From Paramoeba atlantica (taxonomy: Eukaryota > Protista > Discosea), in contig CDRNVI010000056.1 of assembly GCA_977017575.1 (NCBI GenBank), positions 1-64,000 on the forward strand: a stretch of DNA of 64,000 nt. The letters run 5' to 3'. This document shows, piece after piece, positions 45,014-57,724 of the stretch. The translations under genes were made by a program, and so were the position numbers. Under the pieces are notes generated by a model. That model saw only the letters and a program-made list of their open reading frames with translations, was not told the origin of the DNA and did no database searches. How positions within the stretch are numbered: position 1 is the first letter of the stretch; the number at the start of each line of letters is the position of its first letter.

Positions 45014-47199
45014 AGACTCTTAAAGGTCAAAAACAAAGCCACTGGTGCATTGATGTGATGAACATCCTATCCTTTATTTTTTTTCTGGAAACTGAGTACT
45101 CCTGGTGGTTAAAACAAGTGCTCTATTGTTTTCCAAAATTGGCCAAGCTTTACCATTTTTAGACCTCTTTCTTTGATTTACCTCTGCCGTTCTGAAATAT
45201 CTACCCAATAGTGTACAGCGGTGACACCAATTTCGGGGGGGGCTAAAATTTGTGTCGTGTGAGCCTTCGACCTAATTCCTTCGGCATTCAACAGATCTCG
45301 AAATTTTATGCTGTTTTACGGTATGAAAATGATCCGTGGCGCAGTGTCTCCGTGATGGTCGTAAACCACCATTCCCTTTTCCGCTGGTGCCTCCCACGCT
45401 AATACTTTCGTTTTTCAAATTACCGTATACCCGCCCCAGTAATAGAATCGATTTTGGACCGAAACGGCCAAATCCTTGTTCCTGGGGGATATGCTTTTTT
45501 GATGGTAAAAGACCGTTTTTGTTCATGGGTGCGTTGATTTTCTGCCCAGACAACCCCGCAACTACACCAATCGCTCCCGCGCAACTACCCTCATCCCGCC
45601 CAGCCACTCCCACCAAGCCAAACACCCCCTCCTCCCTCCAACCATCCTCCCGAGCCAAATCTCTGTTACTGGGGGTCAGCCCAAAAATAGTCAAATCTCT
45701 GTTACTGGGAGGGGTCTATTGCTAGGGGGGTGTACGGCAACGTTTCTGTCCACTCGGATGCGGGCAAACTCATATTGCTCGGAGTGTTTTTGGGCAGATC
45801 CGTACAAAACAGATTTGCGGAGTCCGCCGAAAGAAATAACAGTAAGGCCTGGGTCAGATGGCTGCGTAAGGAAATGTAAGGCTCGAACTTTCCCATCTTT
45901 ATCCGACAGGCTCCTTAAGATTACAAGATTCAGGATCCTTAAAAATTAATTCTGTATGTGCTCACCGTACTTTACATGTGAGGGTCTGCGGGTATGATCT
46001 CGCATCATGTCGCGTGATCTCGTACGATCTCATGTGATATCGAGTGACCTCACGTGATCACGCGTGATCATAACTGATCTTGTTTTGCCATAGCAGTTTT
46101 GACACAGTAAGTGAAAAAACAGTAAAACATAGTGTGAGTTTTCTCTTGCATAACGTTTGTATAAAATCATATACGTTTTATCCAGTTTTTGATTATCATT
46201 ATTATTATTATTGGTTTTCATTCGATTATCTTGCTTTTGTTCAATGGAAGTGGGACGGATTATAAGATGAAGTTGGTCAAGTCCGCCGTTCAAATAGTTT
46301 CGGCTGCATGCTATGGGTTATTAGCTACAGATCCTAAGTATGATTTTGATCCGTCTATGAATTTAAACCTAAAAAATGTAAAGAAATCTGAATGCTTATG
46401 TAGCAAAGGATGCGGTATTGTCCCCGATGTTAAACCATATCGCGAACATCTTACATCATTGATTCACCATGTTCCATGCGATCCCAAAAAGCCCCGAAAC
46501 TCTACAAAGAAGCTGGAGTGATGCTTTTTTGAATTAATTTTGGTTATAGTTTTGTGACGGTGTTGCAATTAATTTTTTTCGCTACTGGGGGTGTATGCTT
46601 TTTGTGTGGGCAAAGGCCTCTTTTACTCATGAGTGCGTTGATTTTCTGTCCAGCCCACCCTACGCTCAACTACCCTCACCCCGCCGTGTCACTCCCCTAC
46701 CCGCCCTAATGCCCCCTCCCCCCGTCCAACCGCTCTCCCGAACGAAATCAGTTCCCGAGAGATCTCTCGTGATCTTACGTGATCTCGTTTGGACCTCACC
46801 CGCAACCCCTCATGTATATCATAGCACTACGAATATGTCACCATGTACATGTACTGTGACCCCCCCTTTAATAGAGACCCTCCCTCATCAACCCTCTTTA
46901 ATAGAGGCTAAATTTGGGGGATTAAATAAATTTTGGGGACGCACTTCCCCCTCCACGTACTTCCCCCCCCCCATTAATTTCTATAAACTTAAAAGTTCAT
47001 TGAATCATTGAAAAAGAATTCATAAATTATTTGTAGTAACGTATTTATAATAACGCTAAAAAAGGTACTGTACTAATATTAAAACATACATGTACATTAT
47101 GTATGTAGCATAAAATATGCTGTGCAATCAATTTACTTTCATACTTTAAGCACAAAAAATAAAGAAAATAGCATACTCAAAGAGGATTTTGTGACTAAA

Positions 47200-47577
47200 G
47201 AATTTTCGGTGAAAGTGAAGCATTATTTCACATAAAAAATATTTTTTTTTGTTAATTTTTTATGTGTTCTAAGTGTTGCCTTATCATATAAGGCCATTAT
47301 CATATGGCCTTATCATGTAATCGCATTATCATATGGCCATTATCATATAATCGGCTGAAGTTCGGCGCAGAAATTGTGAAAAGTAAGCTAAAGAGAGGAA
47401 AACATGAAGATTATGCCCTCCGTCGCCTGTTTTAGCACCTCAAATGATATTACGAGAACGTAGAAATCGTTCTAGAACAAGGGCAAGAGAGTTATTTTTT
47501 TCTTTTTTGCCAAAATGGGGCGATAATAGATGTTTTAAAAAAAGTGTGAAATAATGCTTCACTTTGACCGAATTTTC
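47200..47577. repeat. ~30-bp inverted repeat enclosing TTATCATAT tandem units
   Basis: TTCGGTGAAAGTGAAGCATTATTTCACA versus TGTGAAATAATGCTTCACTTTGACCGAA. About 5 units at 47279-47355. Confidence 0.65.
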
Positions 47578-48096
47578 TTCACTATTTTTGACAAAGTACT
47601 TTTCTTCGCCACGTCAATGAGGAATATGTAGGTATTTCCAGGTTTTGCCTTGCGTAGGTTTCAACCCTCTAATCTGTTTTTAAAAAAGCTCCACACACTA
47701 ATTAACCCAGGCTAAAGTGGGTCCATGGATTGACGAGCATCTTATCTCGAAGTGGAAAGTGTGAAATATATAAAAAAAATCCTATCTCTTATTTTTTATA
47801 ACATTGTCTTGAAAACAATTGCTCTGAAATGCATTCTTATTTTCCGAAAATGGTCAAAGCTGTACATTTTGTAGAACCCTTTCTTAGGTTTACCGATACC
47901 CCCCTGAAATATCTTGCCCCGTCTACCAAAGTACCCCCAATAGTAAACATACCTTGGACTTCAATTTTTCCTCTCAACAGCTAGACACGACATTGCATAA
48001 ACTTAGTTCATTAGATTACGTAGTTTAAGTACATGATGTAGTTAATGCAACTTGGGTTATAACGCTATGGGTTACCCCTATTTTGCTTTTTCATCA

Positions 48097-48217
48097 CTTC
48101 GTTAAACGCGGTGGTTGTTTTAAACTTAAAAGTCACTTATGCTGCGCGCTGCGCGTCGAAGAAGATCTACCTGAAGAAGAACTACCTCGCCGAAAAATAC
48201 CTCCGCGTTTAACGAAG
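48097..48217 (-). repeat. Palindromic tail hairpin of the Helentron/HINE-like family, reverse orientation
   Basis: CTTCGTTAAACGCGG...CCGCGTTTAACGAAG; homologous to 55271-55402 and 59014-59144. Confidence 0.7.
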
Positions 48218-48531
48218 CGACTAAAAAAGAAAATCGCCGAAAGATCATGGATACAATATGTTGTTGGGGGGGGGGGGTGAATATGCCCGATTTTTGATGC
48301 CAAAAGTCCGAAATTGATGATTTTGAATCCTTACCAGTAGGGGTAGGACCACCTTGACACGTTACTCTATGAGAGCTCTCGAATGCGGTGCTATTTTCCA
48401 AAATGGGACGAGTTTTACAAATTTTGACGCCCCCTATATTTTCGTACCATCCCTTCTATGCCTGATAGTCTTGAGATACTATCTTGAGATACAAACGAAA
48501 TACGATTCCTTTCATCACTGCTCTTCATCCT

Positions 48532-51527
48532 ATGCTTGCCGTCGGGTTCGTATTTCATGACCCCTCCTCAACCTCGGGTGCCGCAAAGGTGAGCAGAGCC
48601 AATCTTCCCCAGGAGTTTACCCTTTCTCATTTTGTTCAACACGTGAATGCAAAGAAACCCTCGTGGAGCGCCGAGACCCCCGCGTGTGAGTGGTCCGGGA
48701 TACAATGGTGAGTATGTAGTTAGTATCTGTAGGTACGTGTGAGTTTCTGTAAATTTCTGTGAGTCGAACATTTCAACATTCTGAACGATAAGGCAAGAAC
48801 CAAATGCATAGAATAGAGTACAGTTCAGATCTTTGTTCCAATGTTTAAAGGCTGTCCATCGGCCTACACCATTTGAACTACTGAAAAGGTGCTCTACCCT
48901 CGACCGGTAATGGGCAACCATCTCATTGAATTCGAGTTTTTTGTCAGCTTGATCTTCGTAATCTTGCTCTGTTTGACCAAGAAGCCTCTTTAATGGCCAT
49001 ATTTGGGTCTTAGTAAAAGGACGGATCACTTCTGAGCACCCTTTGAATCCGCCGTCGGCGAGGCACCTTATTTTATGAATTTTAAGAATATCTGTGATTT
49101 TCGTGTGCTCAAGAATGTTGTTGTCAGGAGTGGAACCGGTATACAGATTTTCGGGGAAGAAACACACATATCCTGAGAATGTGCACCCCACTGCGGCTTT
49201 CACGACATGATCTGCATATTTGGGCTGAAAACACCTATCCGCGGATCTCACATAAATTGGAACGGTGTCAAGGGCGAGAAGAATATCCTTAGAAAAAAAG
49301 TCATCCGTTGTATTCGCTTCATGTAAGAGAATATCGTCTCGAAAAACTAACCAATTGCCTTGTAGCTCACGGTACAACGTTTCAAAAAATTCAGGAATTT
49401 TTGCCCTGCAAGTGCTTTCAGACCAACCGCGTCCAAATTTTGCGGTTAAGTGGTCTGCAACAGTGTCATAGTGCCCCCCTGTGCGGAGAAACAAAAATGA
49501 GGCAAAAATTAACTCTTCATCGTAACCAATTTTTCGCAAGTAGTCGTATGTAGCGTGTGTAAGTCCACACGGAGAGAGTTCTGAAGGCATAAAAAAAGAG
49601 AAACAATGGCAGAAAAGCTATAAATAATACTATGCAGTTGTACCAATTACAATGAACTGTAATTTAAGCTTTATACGCGCAAAATTAATTTGTATCAAAA
49701 TATTTATAAGTGAGCAACCATAAATATCGAAACTTACTTCGTATCCCCTTGTTCCTTTAAACCAACCTTTTTTAGAGAGTAATCACTTCAACTTCAGTTT
49801 CAATGTTCAAATTAGCTCTCTTTCTGCTCTTCTGAACATGCAGCAACTTGAAATCTCCATCTTTGGCTTTCGGCAACAAGATTTTCAACGAGCACAGAAC
49901 GGAGAAAAGGTCATCCGGCGTTTCTGCGCCGCTGAAAATGGCATCCTTAGCCAAATACAAACGATCACGACGGATTGTATATCCTTCAAGCAGGTCTCCA
50001 ATCTGATCATGGATCATAGCAATTCGTTCTTCCCTTTGCTCCTTAACACTCTTGGCAGCAGTTCCCTTGTAGGTTGTCCAAATGCGGCGCATCGTCTTTG
50101 ATAGAACGGGGACGTCTGCAGAGGGAAGCTCACGACGGAAATATTCGGATACGGAAGTTGCCGCACGGCGATACACTTTCGACTTTCCCACAGTAAAGCT
50201 TCGCTGTATAATGCAAAGTACTTGGGCCACAAGTGCGAATGTCAACTTCCGTTGGCATACTGTCCACCCTTCGTAGACACAGCATGCTTCCTGGACTCTC
50301 TTTTGGTCCAACCCACGCTTGGCACACTTTGCCACAACTTCAGGACCTAAGGTTTGATGATCTTGCGGCTTATTGCAAGAGGGGCAAATGTTGCAGCCAA
50401 CAGGCACGCAAAACTCGGAGCAATGGCCGCACATTTCAAGTGAGGTGCATTCCTCATTAGTGTGCTCGTTGCCGCAATCAAGGCAAGAGGAAGGAGTCCG
50501 AGCACGGAACTGAGTAACCTTATCGCAGTGAAAACAGTGCAAACGCACATAAAGTTCAGCCATCACTTATGATTAAGAAAAACTTCAAGAAAAACGTTTA
50601 GCAGAAGATAAACTCTATTCCTATACTAAATGACTTTAGAACACAAGGTCTACAACACTGAGTATAAATCTGCTTTACCATTTTTATTTCTGTCAAAAAA
50701 ATCGAAAAACAAAAACCGAAAGTCACAAAGGAATAGCAAAAAGTTTGAGTACCTGTAGATTTCTGTGAATCGCTGTGAGTCGCTGTGAGTATTTTTTTGC
50801 GACGAAAAATGGCGATCTAGAGACTCACCAATGCAACGCGCAAGGCGAGGTTGAAATCATCGACTGGAACGGAGAATCGTATCACACCGGAGAGCTCGAC
50901 TTCTCGTCACTCCCCGACTCCCTCTGTACAGTGATATTGGAAACGTGTGCGTTCAGCGGCCCCGTGGCGCTGGATCACTTACCCCGTAAATTGATATTCC
51001 TCTATGTAAGTAATAATGATTTTACCGGAACACTCGACTTGGGTTCCCTGCCGTTGTTTATCGAGAGTTTGTATCTCTACCGCAATGCCTTCTCCGGAGA
51101 GATTTCTTTGGTAGCGCTGCCGGCTCACCTTGTCGTGCTCGATTTAGATAACAACAGACTCTCCGGGGGCATTGATTTCACGCTGCTTCCGAACAGGACC
51201 GCGTCCTTGATTTTATCTCGGAACCGATTTACCGGATGTGTGTGTTTAGAAAAGCTCCCTGGAAGTATAAAGCAGCTGTTGTTGCAGCACAATCAATTTT
51301 CAGGTGAACCGAGATTGGGGAAGCTTGCCGATGGACTGGAAGTGCTGCGCTTAAATAATAATCAATTTTCCGGTCATGTGGCGTTTCCACAGCTTCCAGG
51401 ATCGCTACACGGGCTTTACTTGGAGTGGAACAAAGATTTGGAGGGTGAGTTGATAAAGTCAAATTTTCCCGCGCATTTACTAAATAAGATTGATGTCACA
51501 GGTACCCGTATTTCAATAATAGAATAG
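48532..51527 (+). pseudogene. LRR gene interrupted by Harbinger copy 2
   Basis: Removing 48707-50832 rejoins TPACEWSGI|QCNAQGEVEIIDW in frame (~289 aa). Confidence 0.92.
48707..50829 (-). mobile_element. PIF/Harbinger-like element, copy 2 (494-bp deletion at the transposase 3' end)
   Basis: Same ends as copy 1, with AAT duplication (48704-06 / 50830-32). Accessory ORF at 49772-50563. Transposase starts at 49590 and is truncated after VEMF. Confidence 0.92.
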
Positions 51528-51789
51528 TACTACAATCCAGACAGCAGAGTTCTGTGGCAATGTCATTTATAGAAATTAATGAGAAGAGGAGGATGAATTC
51601 CTGTGTACTAGTACCCACAATAGTCTTATCTTTTAGTCTTATCTTTTACCCACAGTACGTGAATTTAAGGTGCCGCATAATGAAGTGACCGGGGGTAGTA
51701 CTGTGGCGCATGCTGCCGTCTGACCTTACACATTTTATTATTGAAGTCAATAAATTTTTGTTCGAAGGCGAATTAAGTTCGAGGCAAAT

Positions 51790-52188
51790 CAGTTATCAAA
51801 TACATTAGAGCTCGCTTTGGATGACAACGATTTCGAGGATAGTGTAGATCTGACTAGCTTAGGGCAGAATATGGGCTCCTTTCTGATTTCGCGGAACAGC
51901 TTCTCGGGGGAGATTAATCTCAGCTGTCTTCCGGCCTTTATTACTACGGTTGGTTTGTCGCGCAACGCATTCACCGGAACACTCGAATTGAATCGTCTAC
52001 CTCCGAGTATTGAATTTCTGAACTGCTCACACAACAATTTTTCAGGGATGGTGCAGTTGGACAGCCTACCAAAGAAATTAATGGAATTAAATCTTGTGAA
52101 CAACAGAGAACTGTATGTCAACATCAAGTATCGCGCTCAACAGCACACAACGACTGTCATTCGACTGCGGGGTACAAAAGGTGCATGA
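51790..52188 (+). pseudogene. 5'-truncated LRR gene fragment resembling the C-terminal half of 38112-38954
   Basis: NDFEDSVDLTSLGQNM..SRNSFSGEINLSCLP versus NDFQGSIDMSCLGKNI..SRNDLSGEIDFTSLP. Confidence 0.75.
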
Positions 52189-52553
52189 CTTTTGAAATTG
52201 ATATAAACTTCACTTCATGTTTTTCGTTTACTTCTCTTTCGTGATTTATTTCATCCTTTTCGTTGTTTATACATTGTATTCTCTTTTTGTAGCAGTCTTG
52301 TAGTAATTTGTAGTAATTTCCCACAAATTGAGTCCAAGGTGTGCAAGGGAATTGTGACAAGACTCTGCGCTACGGGAACGAGATCTATCGAGCGCAAAAA
52401 AAAATACACGATGTGATATGCAGGGGTGAAAATCCCATGGTGGGACCCCTGTATCTTACATGACTCAATTTTGCGACGCAAATCCTTTTAAGCACTATTC
52501 TTTCAAAAACGTCGTTTTTTTCATGCGAATTCAGATTTCATAAAGATTACTCG

Positions 52554-53438
52554 ATGCTCAGTTTGTCTGGTAGAGACGACGGTTCCGATCTACGCCGTGG
52601 TAAGGTAACGGCTCTGCTACTCCCCCAAGAAGATATGCTGGAACGTTTCCTTTCAAACGTAACAGAAAAGCACGACTCTTGGCGTACGACAAAGAAAAGT
52701 TGGTTTGGCCGTGTCGAGCGTATCTCCGCATGCTCTTGGTTGGGTTTTACATGCAATGAGCATCAGCAGGTGGAAAACATACATTTCACGAGGAAAAGAC
52801 TAAAGGGCTCACTACAGTGGGAATATCTGCCGCCCACAATATTATCTTGCAACGTGGCGGAGCACGACTTCACAGGATCTCTCTCGCTCCATGCACTACC
52901 GAGCCGGATGATTGAACTCAAGGCAAAAGGCAACAAATTCAGTGGTGAGTTATGCTTAACCCGTCTTCCCGATACACTGACATATCTCAATTTGGCTAAA
53001 AACCTTTGCGAAGGAAGTGTCGATGTGACGCAATTGCCAGCAGGCTTGATAAGCATACTCCTGTCACAAAATAACCTATCCGGGAATGTTGATTTATCAC
53101 GGCTGCCGCAACATCTGAAAACTCTTATCTTGTCTGATAATGAATTCACCGGACCCCTGGATTTACAGCACTTGCCCCTAGGAATAGATTGGATAAGAGT
53201 ATCGCACAACAACTTTTCTGGGCTACTTGATTTGCAGCATTTACCTCCCGCGCTCTACTTTCTGGATTGCGATGATAACTGTTTTTCTGGGTTAGTAGAG
53301 TTTGATAATCTTCCTCTGAAATTAGCCAGAATCAACTTAAGCTGCAACAAAGATCTTTACGGGGCGCTTCCTCAATCGGTTTTGGCGAACCGACGAAGGA
53401 TCCACGTAGGAGGCACGGCAATTCTAGTTGTATCATAA
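52554..53438 (+). CDS. LRR protein
   Basis: RRGKVTALLLPQEDMLERF..SW...ACSWLGFTC cap plus ~8 LRRs. Confidence 0.9.
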   Translation: MLSLSGRDDGSDLRRGKVTALLLPQEDMLERFLSNVTEKHDSWRTTKKSWFGRVERISACSWLGFTCNEHQQVENIHFTRKRLKGSLQWEYLPPTILSCNVAEHDFTGSLSLHALPSRMIELKAKGNKFSGELCLTRLPDTLTYLNLAKNLCEGSVDVTQLPAGLISILLSQNNLSGNVDLSRLPQHLKTLILSDNEFTGPLDLQHLPLGIDWIRVSHNNFSGLLDLQHLPPALYFLDCDDNCFSGLVEFDNLPLKLARINLSCNKDLYGALPQSVLANRRRIHVGGTAILVVS

Positions 53439-53655
53439 AACAAAAAAATTCCACTGCTAGAAGCGCTAAAAGCAAGCCCATTTGTTCCGATTATTTTGTC
53501 CAAATATCTGCAGTTTACTTCATGAACAGCTAGTGTAAAAGATATTCTGTGAAACTCGGATAGTGCAACAGTGATATACGGATAAAAGATTTCATTTTCA
53601 AAAGTTTCGATTCTTTTTCAACCTATTTTGCACAAGGAACAGTCTTGTACTGTGT

Positions 53656-55490
53656 ATGGCTGAATCTTTACCTCAACGTAATCGCTTGGGAAAAGCGAAG
53701 GCCAAACTAACTGGGGAATATTATTTAGCGCAATTTCTATACGACATTGACAATACGGTCAAATCTCCCTTTTTTCCCTAAGATTTTTAAAGATTTTGAA
53801 GGGCAGCCTGTATACTAAAATTATTTATTTGTATTTCGTCTGTTCATCTTTTGGGGGCTGGGATAAAGATCATTCGTGCTCTCATTTTCCCATTACGCTC
53901 ATTTATGTGTTGTCCACACAGTATCGATAACCTCCCGAGCTCTATAAGTGCGCTACACCTTTTCTCAACCTGGTGTTCCACAATTTGAGCTTTATAACTT
54001 TTATTTTCTATAAATTCCGCCGAATGGCTTCGCGTAAATAAGTGTAAGTCAACGTCCTCTCTTTCGCCAATACTAACATACAGTGTAGAAGGATCGTTAA
54101 ATCAGTGAACCTGAAAAAACTTGAAAATTTTATTTTTGAAACGGAACACGAGCATTTTGGCCACGGGGCCGGCCACTGGGTTGATTTCCCTTTCTGTGAA
54201 GTTACCACTTCAGGGAGTTCGCGTGACTTCTTTCCCGAAACGCTTTCAGGTAATTGCACATTCGCTTCCACCGTTTCGATCTCTGATGAGTGTTTTTCCA
54301 AACGTTCTTTGAGTATTGCGTTCTCCTCACCTTCCTTGCCAAGCTCAGCAGCCACCTTCGCTGCATCCATCTCTTTCTTTTTCTGTGGCACCACTGTACG
54401 AACGTTACTGGGCATATAACAAATAACAGATCAGAAGACAACACTGAACATTTCAACTCCTTTTTCGGTAATCTAGTCTACCATTCGCGTATTTATGCCT
54501 TAAATACAGGCCCGATCTCGATGTAAATTTACAATAAAAACAAATTTACCAAATGGGTCGTTGATGCGAACCTTGAAGGTGCAAAACCAACAAAGCACAG
54601 GGACAGAATACGATACATGTACATGTAGCCTGGCATGAAGGCAGCAAGCTATTCGTGTACGCTACTCAACATTCAGGATAATACAAGTGTAAACCCCTCA
54701 ACAAGAATAAGGCACCCCTCCTTGTTTTTCGCGACCAGGGACCCATGGGGTCTCTCAACATTTCTGTGAAATATATGCGAAGATATCCGGAAGCAAAGAA
54801 AAAGATATCCGGAATCAAAGACACAAATAGACAACAGGTTGACACAGAAGGAAAAAACATTATGTCGAACAAAAAATATAAACGAATCATTTCTGTTAAG
54901 GATATTGATGGAGACTAGCGCTAGATACATTGCAGGAAGACTAAGCAAGTCGGGCGTATTTCCCCCTGGTTAATCTTTTCTGATGAGTACTTCGGGTGAG
55001 TTTCTTCATTTTTTTCTGTCATGCCAGGCCTGGTTCCTGTCATCCCGAAATCAACAAGTAAACGTGAGTGATACAGACTACATTGCGATATCTTAGACCA
55101 GCAACATAAAATGTCATGTATATCCCGGGGCCATAAGTTATACTTTATATTCCTGATCTAAAACCCGTCACTCCGCAGCATCCTAGCGAGGGCCCAATTC
55201 CCTAGGGAATATTGCGGTGGTTGTATAACTACCGCTTTACCCTCGATTATGGCAGAAAAAGGGAACAAATCTAAATTTCCGTTTTAGTCGCTTCGTTAAA
55301 CGCGGGGGTAGTGTTCAACGCGAAGCGCGCAGCAGTGGTGCATTTTAAGTTGAAAACAACCACCGCGTTTAACGAAGCCACTAAAAAAGAAAATTATTTA
55401 GCGCAATTTCTATAGGACATTGACAATACGCATCCCTCCTGAACTACGGATACTCCCATGTGCGAGTGGGGCGGAGTAGAATGTAGCAAA
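53656..55490 (+). pseudogene. LRR pseudogene split by a 1.6-kb insertion
   Basis: MAESLPQRNRLGKAKAKLTGEYYLAQFLYDIDNT (53656-53757) resumes at 55431 as HPS*TTDTPMCEWGGVEC. A 38-bp direct duplication flanks the insert. Confidence 0.8.
55211..55402 (+). mobile_element. Minimal Helentron/HINE-like element (head joined directly to tail hairpin)
   Basis: Head GCGGTGGTTGT at 55214 and its inverted match ACAACCACCGC at 55356-66. Confidence 0.55.
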
Positions 55491-56097
55491 GTACCCCCGC
55501 ATATATTGCAACGCCCTTTCTTAATTGAGAACTCTGTCCGATTCAATGTTCATTATTGCCGTTCCCGGACAGATTTTAGAAACCACCTCTGTAGAGTGCT
55601 CCAAATCTGGTCGCCCACTCAGGGCTTCACGTACTTCGCAGTTTTACATGTTCAGTGGTTCAAGACTCGTACTGAACACGGGGGGTTTCAGACAAGCTTG
55701 TTTCAGATAAGCTTACCACACCGTGGGTCATCACGTGTGCGTATTACGGACCGAAATGCTTCTCAAAAGAAATCTCAAAGAATTTTTGCGCTTTCTGTCG
55801 ATTCGTGGTCCTTCAAGTTCGAAGGCTGATTGTGTACCGGGTTACTGACTTTTTTGCACAGCAAGTTCGTCCCGTAGAGGAACAAGGACAGTGAGGAGGG
55901 ACTTGCTCGATATCACAACGCTCAAAAGCAGCGAGGAGACGACGAATGACTTGTACCTCGCGGGGGTGAAGTCGTTAACGGGGTCAGATTGAACGAAGAT
56001 GATGAAGATTGAACGATAATGCTAGAAAGGACATTTTTCTAAGTCGCACAAGGGACATCCATAAGATCTCGACGGAAAGGTCTTGTATTTGGAAATA

Positions 56098-57718
56098 CAG
56101 GGGGGTGCACGAAATATGGGGGGGTCAAAATTCTTATAACTCGGCCAATTTTGGAAAATAATAGCGCATTCCAGAGCTCTCGCAGAGTTACGTGTCATGT
56201 GATAATGCGTTTCCCGCATTTTTTAATTTTTTTAAAAAATTAAAAAAATCATGATTTTTCAAAGTGCAGAATTCTGCAGTTTTTTGAATTAAATACTTTT
56301 TTTTGTGAATTTATAGACTTTTTTGATCCTAATACACTACCATGCCCAAGAAAAGGTCATATTCGAATAATAAAAAGGTGCAGAAACGGAGTAGATTTTG
56401 TTATTCGCCTCGTGGGCAACTTAAAGCATCTCATAGGATACTTTTGGTTAAAAAATTTGAGGAAACTAATTCTTTTTCAGCTGTCGCCAAGACGTTTAGG
56501 TGTCACGAGGACACTGTCAAGCGTTGGGTGCAGCGTTACGAAGAGACTGGTGAGGTCGATAGGTCTCCCTATAAAACTCGCCAATCTCCTGTAATACCGT
56601 TACCCCCCCTTACTTATCCAGGTACGCTACTTTACCCTATAAAACTCGCCAATCTCCTGTAATATCTGACCCTTTGTTGAAGCGAGCACTCAATCTTATT
56701 GATCAAGCAACAAGGAATGAAACCTATGGTATCGCTTCTTGGGGTCACCTTCTGAACCTACTTGTAGGAGAGGGTTTCAGGTGCTCCCGTCGCGCTCTGA
56801 TACGTTCCTTCAAGAAGGAGGGTATCATATCCCGCACAGTCCCCCGAAACCCTGCACTCACAAAGGAGCACAAAAGGAATCGAGTAGAGCTATGCCAGGA
56901 GTTGGCAACATGGACCCCTGCTCAGTTTGAGGCTATCGTCTGGACAGACGAGAGAAAATTTACTTGCGGGGGCAGCCGCAAAATTACCTACCTTTGCCGT
57001 CGTTCAGACCCCCCAAAGGAGCACGCCGGTGAGGGGGAAAAGTGGTTGGGAGGATGATGGTATTATGGTGTGGATGGGGGTCAGCATTAAGCACGGTTTC
57101 TTTTTTCATGAATTCCCTAATAAAGATCAACAGGGTAATAAAATTTCAGTGAAGGGGAACTTTTAAAAAAAACGTAACGGCTTCTTATCTTTTTTACGAA
57201 GACGTCGGGGGGCAGTCGTTGCTATGGATAATTGTACAATTCACAATAGCACTCGTCGTGCCTTTAATGATGAAGGAGTGAAGATGTTGTGTTGGCCACC
57301 CAAATCCCCAGATTTAAACCCAATAGAAAACATTTGGGGAATAATGGACGAGCATAAAAACGCGCTTTGTACAACGAATCGTGAAGATTTGAGACGAACG
57401 GTCGCTTCTGGGGTCGAAAAATTAAAAGGGGAGCAATATGATGTATTTTTGATAACCTTAAAGAGTGTTCCAACGCGTGTGAAAAATTATGTTGGAGAAA
57501 AAAGGCGGAAATTGTGGATACTAACTTTTTTTACCAGAAAAAAAACTTGCAGTTGCCCTATTTACGGTATTCGGGAGAATGCATATACTTGGAAACTACG
57601 TAAAACGTAATATCGCATGACACGTAACTCTGCGAGAGCTCTCGAATGCGCTATTATTTTCAAAAATTGGTCGAGTTATAAGAATTTTGACCCCCCCATA
57701 TTTTCGTGCACCCCCCTG
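56098..57718 (+). mobile_element. Tc1-like element (CAGGGG-TIR family) with a frameshifted DD32E transposase (56342-57610)
   Basis: ~110-bp TIRs and TA duplication. Motifs IVWTDERKF, IMVWMG, MDNCTIH and WPPKSPDLNPIENIW. Confidence 0.93.
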
Positions 57719-57724
57719 TATATA

